Of a stretch of DNA of 64,000 nucleotides, positions 58,277 to 64,000 are shown piece after piece; position 1 is the first letter of the stretch, and each line of letters starts with the position of its first letter. The notes below the pieces were generated by a model that did no database searches, was not told the DNA's origin, and saw only the letters and a list, made by a program, of their open reading frames with translations. Origin of the DNA: an uncultured Acidobacteriota bacterium (GTDB lineage Bacteria > Acidobacteriota > Thermoanaerobaculia > Multivoradales > JAHEKO01); the NCBI GenBank assembly GCA_963713825.1, contig CAVQNG010000003.1:128001-192000 (forward strand). Direction: 5' to 3'. Made by a program: the position numbers and the translations under genes.

Positions 58277-61148
58277 ATGGCGTCGACCCGTCCTTCTCGT
58301 GGGTCTGGCCTGTCTGGTGGCCATGGCATGGGGAGTTTCCTTGCCCGCTCAACCCAGGGAGCCTGTGTATGTGGGCGTGAAGGCCTGCGCTGAGTGTCAT
58401 TCGGGGCCCGAAGCGGGGCACCAGTTCAGCATCTGGAGACTGTCGCCTCACGCCAAGGCCTACGCCACGCTGTCCATGCCGGAGTCCAAGGAGATCGCTC
58501 GACTCAGCGGTATTCCCGAGGCTCCACACACAGCCAGGGTCTGTCTCGGCTGTCACACTACCGGTGCCGACGCAGAAGAATGGGAGAAAGACGACAAGTT
58601 CCTTCTCGAAGACGGAGTCCAGTGCGAAACCTGCCATGGCCCCGGCAGCGAGTACATGGATGAAGCCGTGATGCGAAATCGGCAGCTGGCCATGGAACGG
58701 GGTCTGAAGATGCCCTCTGGCCGCACCTGCATGATCTGCCACGGACCCAAAGGTTCACACGAGGCCGTACTCTCTGGCGAGCCCTACGATCTCGAGAAGG
58801 CTCTCGAGACCATTGCCCACCCCCGGCCCGACAGCCCGCCGATCGAAGCGCCAAGCACGAGTAGCGAGACCGAAGCCCTTCTCGGTTCCAGCGAGCACCG
58901 CTTCGCCGGCGTGATGAGCTGTGCGAAGTGTCACTCCGGCCCGATGATGGGCTTCCAGTTCAGCAGATGGCGCATGGGGCCTCATGCTCGGGCCTACGCG
59001 GTGCTCGGCACCCCGGCCGCCAAGGAAATGGCTAGACGCTCCGGAGTAAATGGCGAGCCCCAACAGAGCTATGCCTGCTTGCGATGCCACGCCACCGGCG
59101 CAGGCCATGATGCTGCCAGCTTCGAGCCGAGGTTCAACCAGGCGGACGGCGTTCAGTGCGAGAGCTGCCACGGACCGGGAGCGGACTACTCTCCCGAGGC
59201 CATCATGCTCGATCGGCCGGCAGCCAAAGCCGCCGGTCTTCGCGAGCAAGGGCCCGAGGTCTGTGCGGACTGCCACGAGCAGGGTCACGCCGGTGGCCCC
59301 TTCGACTACGAGGCGGCGCTTGCGGCCATCGCGCATCCCAGAGCACCAGCGAAGGTCGTCGACCAAGAGCCGGTCTACAAGACTCCGATCAATCTTGCCC
59401 TGACACCGGACGGCTCCGAGCTCTGGGTAGCCTGCGAGGCTTCCTCTTCGACGGTCATCATCGATACCACCTCACACGAGGTCTTGGAAGAGATCGCGGT
59501 AGGAGGCCAACCACACGACGTGGCATTCCACCCGGATGGCACGACGGCCTACATCACGAATCGCCTCGACGACACTCTTTCTGTAGTCGATGTGGCGACC
59601 CGCGAGATCGTGGCTACCGTCGAAGTCGGAGACGAACCCCACGGCGTGCTGACGGACGCTTCAGGCGGACGGATCTACGTTCTCAACAGCTCGCAGGACA
59701 GTGTCTCGGTGATCGATGCCGAGACCCTAGAGGAGACCAGACGCCTCACCACGTCGAGAGTCCCCTGGTCCCTGGCCCTCTCGCCGGACGGCGAAAAAAT
59801 CTTCGTCACGAATACCCTGTCCGGCTTTGTGCCACCGCGCACACCACCGATGTCCGAAGTCACGGTCATCGACGCCCGGCGTGGAGCGGTCGAGGATCGA
59901 TTCACCGTCCCGGCCGCCAATCTCCTGCAGGGAGTCGCCTGGCACCCGAGCGGCGAGTTCGCGATGGTGACGCTCAACCGCACCAAGAACCTGGTTCCCA
60001 TGACCCGATTGCTCCAGGGATGGACGATCACCAACGGTGTGGGCATCGTGTGGAGAGACGGACGGATCGACCAGGTCCTCTTGGATCAGCCCGACATCGC
60101 CTTCCCAGACGCCGCCGATGTGACCATGACCTCCGACGGACGACTGGCCCTGGTCACCAGCAGCGGCTCGGATCGCGTGGCGATCGTAGACCTCGAAAAG
60201 CTCTTGTCGGTGTTGGAGGCAGCGTCTCCCGAAGAGCGAGAGAAGGTCATCCCGAATCATCTGGCCAAATCCACTGAGTTTGTCGAGACCTTCATAAAGA
60301 CTGGCTTGAGTCCAAGGGGAATCACGTTATCGGCCGACGACAAAACCGCCTATGTCGCCAACACACTCGATGACACGGTAACGGTGATCGACCTGGAGCG
60401 CTTCGAAGCCGTGAAAGAGATCGATCTCGGTGGCCCTGAGGTGATCTCACAGACGAGGTGGGGCGAGCAGCTCTTCCACAGCGCCGACATCACCTTCCGG
60501 CGCCAGTTCTCCTGTCATTCCTGTCACCCGGATGGCCACGTCGACGGCATCACCTACGACATCGAGCCGGATGGAATCGGCACCGATCCGGTCGACAACC
60601 GAACCCTACGAGGCATTTTCGATACCGCTCCATTCAAATGGTCGGGGCTCAACCCCAGCCTGCAGCGACAGTGTGGGCCACGGTTGGCGGTGTTCTTCAC
60701 GCGGATCGCGCCCTTCACGCCCGAGGAGCTCGAGGCCTTGGAACTCTATATCACCACCATTCCTCGTCCTCCCAATCGTTATCGGGCCCTTGGGGCACCC
60801 TTGACCGAGGCGCAGCGTCTCGGCAAGGCCGTCTACGAACGCACCCACACCAACGGCGGCCGGCTGATTTCGCCCGATGGACGTTGCATCAATTGCCACC
60901 CGGGGCCGCTCTATACCGATCGTGGCAAACACGACGTCGGGACCCAATCTCCGCTCGACCGCGAGGACACCTTCGACACTCCGCACCTGACCAACATCTA
61001 CGACTCGGCACCCTATCTCCACGACGGCACGGCCTTCAGCCTCGAGGAGATCTGGACGCGATTCAACACCTATGATCAACACGGTGTCACCAACGATTTG
61101 ACGAAGGACCAACTCAACCATCTGATCGAGTATTTGAAGACCCTCTGA
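58266..61148 (+). CDS. Decaheme fusion: two c554-like tetraheme domains, YVTN beta-propeller (HZS-beta-like) and CcP/MauG-like diheme domain (HZS-gamma-like)
   Basis: Ten CxxCH motifs (8 N-terminal; CHSCH and CINCH C-terminal), GVQCE.CHGPG twice, YITN/YVAN blades, FDTP.L......PYLHDG, LIEYLKTL. Confidence 0.87.
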   Translation: MRNRWRRPVLLVGLACLVAMAWGVSLPAQPREPVYVGVKACAECHSGPEAGHQFSIWRLSPHAKAYATLSMPESKEIARLSGIPEAPHTARVCLGCHTTGADAEEWEKDDKFLLEDGVQCETCHGPGSEYMDEAVMRNRQLAMERGLKMPSGRTCMICHGPKGSHEAVLSGEPYDLEKALETIAHPRPDSPPIEAPSTSSETEALLGSSEHRFAGVMSCAKCHSGPMMGFQFSRWRMGPHARAYAVLGTPAAKEMARRSGVNGEPQQSYACLRCHATGAGHDAASFEPRFNQADGVQCESCHGPGADYSPEAIMLDRPAAKAAGLREQGPEVCADCHEQGHAGGPFDYEAALAAIAHPRAPAKVVDQEPVYKTPINLALTPDGSELWVACEASSSTVIIDTTSHEVLEEIAVGGQPHDVAFHPDGTTAYITNRLDDTLSVVDVATREIVATVEVGDEPHGVLTDASGGRIYVLNSSQDSVSVIDAETLEETRRLTTSRVPWSLALSPDGEKIFVTNTLSGFVPPRTPPMSEVTVIDARRGAVEDRFTVPAANLLQGVAWHPSGEFAMVTLNRTKNLVPMTRLLQGWTITNGVGIVWRDGRIDQVLLDQPDIAFPDAADVTMTSDGRLALVTSSGSDRVAIVDLEKLLSVLEAASPEEREKVIPNHLAKSTEFVETFIKTGLSPRGITLSADDKTAYVANTLDDTVTVIDLERFEAVKEIDLGGPEVISQTRWGEQLFHSADITFRRQFSCHSCHPDGHVDGITYDIEPDGIGTDPVDNRTLRGIFDTAPFKWSGLNPSLQRQCGPRLAVFFTRIAPFTPEELEALELYITTIPRPPNRYRALGAPLTEAQRLGKAVYERTHTNGGRLISPDGRCINCHPGPLYTDRGKHDVGTQSPLDREDTFDTPHLTNIYDSAPYLHDGTAFSLEEIWTRFNTYDQHGVTNDLTKDQLNHLIEYLKTL

Positions 61149-61160
61149 GGAGGGGAAGAG

Positions 61161-62375
61161 ATGAACCGGTTCCCAGCAACGCTACTCACCATCGTCATCG
61201 CAGTACTACCGCAGGCTGGATTGGCGGCCGCTAGCGAAGCATCCGCCACTGAGCAGTCGACGGTTACAGATCTCGACCTACCTTTCGTCTACACCGATTG
61301 GCAGCAGTACTCGGTCGAGGACGGGCTTCCCAACGATCACATCTTCACCGTCGAAGTCGACGGCCCCTGGGTCTGGATCGGGACCGAGGACGGTCTGGCT
61401 CGACTCGACAAACGCACTGGAGCGATTCGTTCCTGGAAGGAAGAAGACGGCCTACCGTGGCGGGTCGTATCCGCGCTGGCCGTTCAGCCGGAAACTGGTG
61501 AGCTGTGGTTGGGTATGTTCGGAGGCGGCCTGGCCCGTTTCAGCGGTGGCCGCTTCGACCACTACCACCAACTCAACAGTGGTTTGGTCAATGATGTGGT
61601 CTATGGAGTCTGCATCGAGAACGAGAATATCTGGGCTGCCACCACCGCTGGTGCCAGTCGCTACAACACCCGCACTGGCGAGTGGACCATCTACACAGAG
61701 AAGAACGCCCCCATGGAGGAGATCTGGAACTACGGCTGCAGCTACGCCGACGGCAAGGTCTACCTGGGAGTCTGGGGCAGTGGAGTCCTCGAGTTCGACA
61801 TCGAGACCGAGCAATGGAAAGACTACCTCGACCCGGACGGCGAGATGGAGATCGATCTTTACCGCGACGACGGCATCGTGCACGTCATCACGACCGGCGT
61901 GAGCTATGTCGAGAAGACCCTTTGGGTGACGACCTACTTCGGCGCCTCCCGCTACGACGGTCGTCACTGGCGAGGCTATTTCAAAAAGGACAGCGGTACG
62001 CCGAGTGATTTCCACAACGCCGTCAAGGCGAGAAGTGCCAACGAAGCCTGGTTCTCCACCGACAAGGGACTCGCGCAGGTAGCCGATTTCCCCACAGATA
62101 CCTGGGTGGTCTACACAACCGACCACGCCTCGGGCACCGGCCAGGCGGTCATCACTCGAGGCGAGCGGGTCCTCGAAACCCGCACTATCCCTCCGAACAT
62201 CCCTCACAACTACGTCCTGTGGACCGCGATCGACGGCAACGATCTGTGGATCGGTACTTCGAAAGGACTGGCTCACGCCAGGGGCGAGGACTACTTCCCC
62301 GGCCTGCGCCGAGCTGCGGGACAAGCTGCGACCAGCGATCCCGAGGGACTACCAACGAATCGAGGCGGATCATGA
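61161..62375 (+). CDS. Secreted beta-propeller of two-component-regulator-propeller type
   Basis: Signal peptide; repeated GLP/VND.(I/V)...WIGT..GL blades. Confidence 0.82.
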   Translation: MNRFPATLLTIVIAVLPQAGLAAASEASATEQSTVTDLDLPFVYTDWQQYSVEDGLPNDHIFTVEVDGPWVWIGTEDGLARLDKRTGAIRSWKEEDGLPWRVVSALAVQPETGELWLGMFGGGLARFSGGRFDHYHQLNSGLVNDVVYGVCIENENIWAATTAGASRYNTRTGEWTIYTEKNAPMEEIWNYGCSYADGKVYLGVWGSGVLEFDIETEQWKDYLDPDGEMEIDLYRDDGIVHVITTGVSYVEKTLWVTTYFGASRYDGRHWRGYFKKDSGTPSDFHNAVKARSANEAWFSTDKGLAQVADFPTDTWVVYTTDHASGTGQAVITRGERVLETRTIPPNIPHNYVLWTAIDGNDLWIGTSKGLAHARGEDYFPGLRRAAGQAATSDPEGLPTNRGGS

Positions 62376-63862
62376 AGAGCATCCTCAAGGACAAGTTGCT
62401 GATCACCTGTCTGAGCTCGGCTCTGATCATCGTGCCCTCCTTGGCCTGGACCGAGGAAGCGGCCGCAACCGACGATGCCGAGCCCCTGGACACCGAGACC
62501 ATACTCGAGGCCATCGATGTCGATCCCTACGAAGTGCCTGACCTGCCTCTGAAGAAGAATACGAACTACGGCGCCTCGGCCGTCGACGTCGAGCCTTTCG
62601 GTCACGTGGAGCCCTACTTCGAGCACTTCCTCGAGCAGATGGAGTACACGGGGCCGGGTAGGGCCAAGCCCGAACCCGAGGACATCGATACCGTCAAGAT
62701 CGGTTTCCTTGGACCGATAGTGCCGACCGTCTCGGTGGCCACGGGCGGTATGAGTCACGAGGAGCCACTGGGCATCGCCATGCTCCGCGGCACGAGGATG
62801 GCCATCGAAGAGGCGAATGCCGCCGGGGGTTACCAGCCTCGAGACATCCCCTTCGAGCTGGTGGTGCACAACGACAACGGCCTGTGGGGGGCCTCGGGCA
62901 ACGAGATCATCGATCTGGCCTATAAGGAGAACGTCTGGGCCATCCTGGGAACCATCGATGGCGCCAACTCGCATATCGCGATCCGGGTGGCCCTGAAAGC
63001 CGAGATCCCGATGATCAACACAGGGGATACGGATCCCACCTTCATCGAGACGAACATCCCCTGGGTCATCAGGACCATCGGGGACGATCGGCAGCAGAAC
63101 TACATGCTGCTCGACTATCTCTATCGCAAACAGGGATACGAGCGGGTGGCCATCATTCGAGCCAGTAATCGGTACGGTCGCTTCGGAGTCCGGGAGATCA
63201 AGGACGGCAGCCGGCGTCTCGGCTACCCGGTCGTCATCGAGATGGCCTACCCGGTGGGTGACGATGACTTCTCCCTGCAGATCGATCGGATCGCCGAGGC
63301 CGAGCCCCAGGCGATCGTCCATTGGGGCGATGCCGTGGACGGTGCCCGGATCCTGACTCAGATTCGCGAACGGGGCATGGACCAGCCCTTCTTCTGCTCG
63401 GACCGCTGTGCTTCCGACGAGTTCGTGAATCTGGCCGGCGAGCTCGCGCAGGAGGTCTACTCCACGTATCCGTGGAACCCCCACCGCGAGGATCCCAACC
63501 TGGCACGCTTTCGTCAGGAATTCGAAAAGCGCTATGGCGTCGAGCCCGACACCTACGCCGCACACGCCTATGACGGGGCGAACCTCCTGATCTGGGCCAT
63601 CCAGAACGCCGGCCTCAACCGTGCCAAGATCCGCGATCTCCTGGCCTATCGTAGCGAGCCCTGGCCGGGTGTCACCGGGGACATTCCGCTCAACGCCGCT
63701 CTGGATGACGGCGGAGAGGTCTTCATGACGCGTTGGGACGGCGAGGGATGGAGCTACTACTCCCGCGAGGACCTGGGCGTTCCGAGCGGCCTCATCGCAC
63801 CCGAGACGCGGCAGGAGCGCGAGCCTCTCTCCGCCTCGAGCGTCGGAGGAGGTACGCAATAG
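62372..63862 (+). CDS. Periplasmic LIV/ANF-type ligand-binding protein
   Basis: VKIGFLGP, G..MAIEEANAAGG, NVWAILG, DFS.QI, YAAHAYDG, GVTG. ATGA overlap. Confidence 0.88.
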   Translation: MKSILKDKLLITCLSSALIIVPSLAWTEEAAATDDAEPLDTETILEAIDVDPYEVPDLPLKKNTNYGASAVDVEPFGHVEPYFEHFLEQMEYTGPGRAKPEPEDIDTVKIGFLGPIVPTVSVATGGMSHEEPLGIAMLRGTRMAIEEANAAGGYQPRDIPFELVVHNDNGLWGASGNEIIDLAYKENVWAILGTIDGANSHIAIRVALKAEIPMINTGDTDPTFIETNIPWVIRTIGDDRQQNYMLLDYLYRKQGYERVAIIRASNRYGRFGVREIKDGSRRLGYPVVIEMAYPVGDDDFSLQIDRIAEAEPQAIVHWGDAVDGARILTQIRERGMDQPFFCSDRCASDEFVNLAGELAQEVYSTYPWNPHREDPNLARFRQEFEKRYGVEPDTYAAHAYDGANLLIWAIQNAGLNRAKIRDLLAYRSEPWPGVTGDIPLNAALDDGGEVFMTRWDGEGWSYYSREDLGVPSGLIAPETRQEREPLSASSVGGGTQ

Positions 63863-64000
63863 CCCACCAGATCTTTTCCACGGGAATCCTGGTGCTGGTC
63901 CTCCTTGCACGCGCTCTCCACGGTCAGGCTCCACCTCCAGAGGAACGTCCGGACGACGAGCCGTACCACGATTTCCGACTTCAGCCGCTGGAGTATCTCG
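63859..64000 (+). CDS. 5' end of a second LIV-type binding-protein paralog with apparent ATA start, truncated by the window
   Basis: GGAGGAGG SD, then an open frame (M)AHQIFSTGILVLVLLARALHG...EPYHDFRLQPLEYL resembling EPYFEHFLEQMEYTG of the upstream gene. Confidence 0.6.
   Translation, partial: MAHQIFSTGILVLVLLARALHGQAPPPEERPDDEPYHDFRLQPLEYL

Noticed and set aside
54732-61148. Calling the organism an anammox bacterium, or the genes hzsABC
   Set aside because: Key ligand and catalytic residues appear changed, gene order and partners differ, and the GC-rich neighbourhood does not resemble Brocadiales. Only homology is supported.
62291-63934. 547-aa minus-strand ORF (also 7413-8420, 49553-50605, 57230-58324 and similar)
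   Set aside because: These are antisense shadows of well-supported genes, expected from GC-rich codon bias, and carry no motifs.

Overview
A GC-rich bacterial chromosome segment. An ADOP-type permease and a C-terminal IFxDGFxSGD motif suggest Acidobacteriota (possibly Thermoanaerobaculia-like); this is inference. O2-sensitive enzymes suggest a facultative or obligate anaerobe. Housekeeping genes (dCMP deaminase, cmk, purL/purQ, slyD, clpB, trxC, typA) are interspersed with accessory modules: a candidate sigma54-driven Rrf2 / Rid(chorismatase-like) / DAHP synthase operon, a membrane-anchored HMG-CoA-lyase-like protein coupled to a histone-fold/2-TM protein, a hydroxyproline dehydratase (HypD) glycyl-radical operon, a Zn/Mn-uptake operon led by a DUF2946-like CxxC/RGPP ORF, and an anaerobic ergothioneine pair (EgtD plus a molybdopterin/cysteine-desulfurase fusion, frameshifted). 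Two systems stand out. (1) At 44.4-53.4 kb, three paralogous STAND-like ATPase domains are fused respectively to a periplasmic TPR/TM receptor, an ECF43-like sigma factor and a Ser/Thr kinase, alongside two outer-membrane beta-barrels and a STAS protein. (2) At 54.7-64 kb, an operon encodes a full-length hydrazine-synthase alpha-like protein and an octaheme-beta-gamma-like fusion with altered active-site residues, in a context that does not look like anammox. A ~163 bp MITE-like inverted-repeat family and two apparent non-canonical starts (ATC, ATA) are also present. No rRNA, tRNA, CRISPR array or transposase was recognised. All family assignments come from by-eye motif recognition, not database searches.
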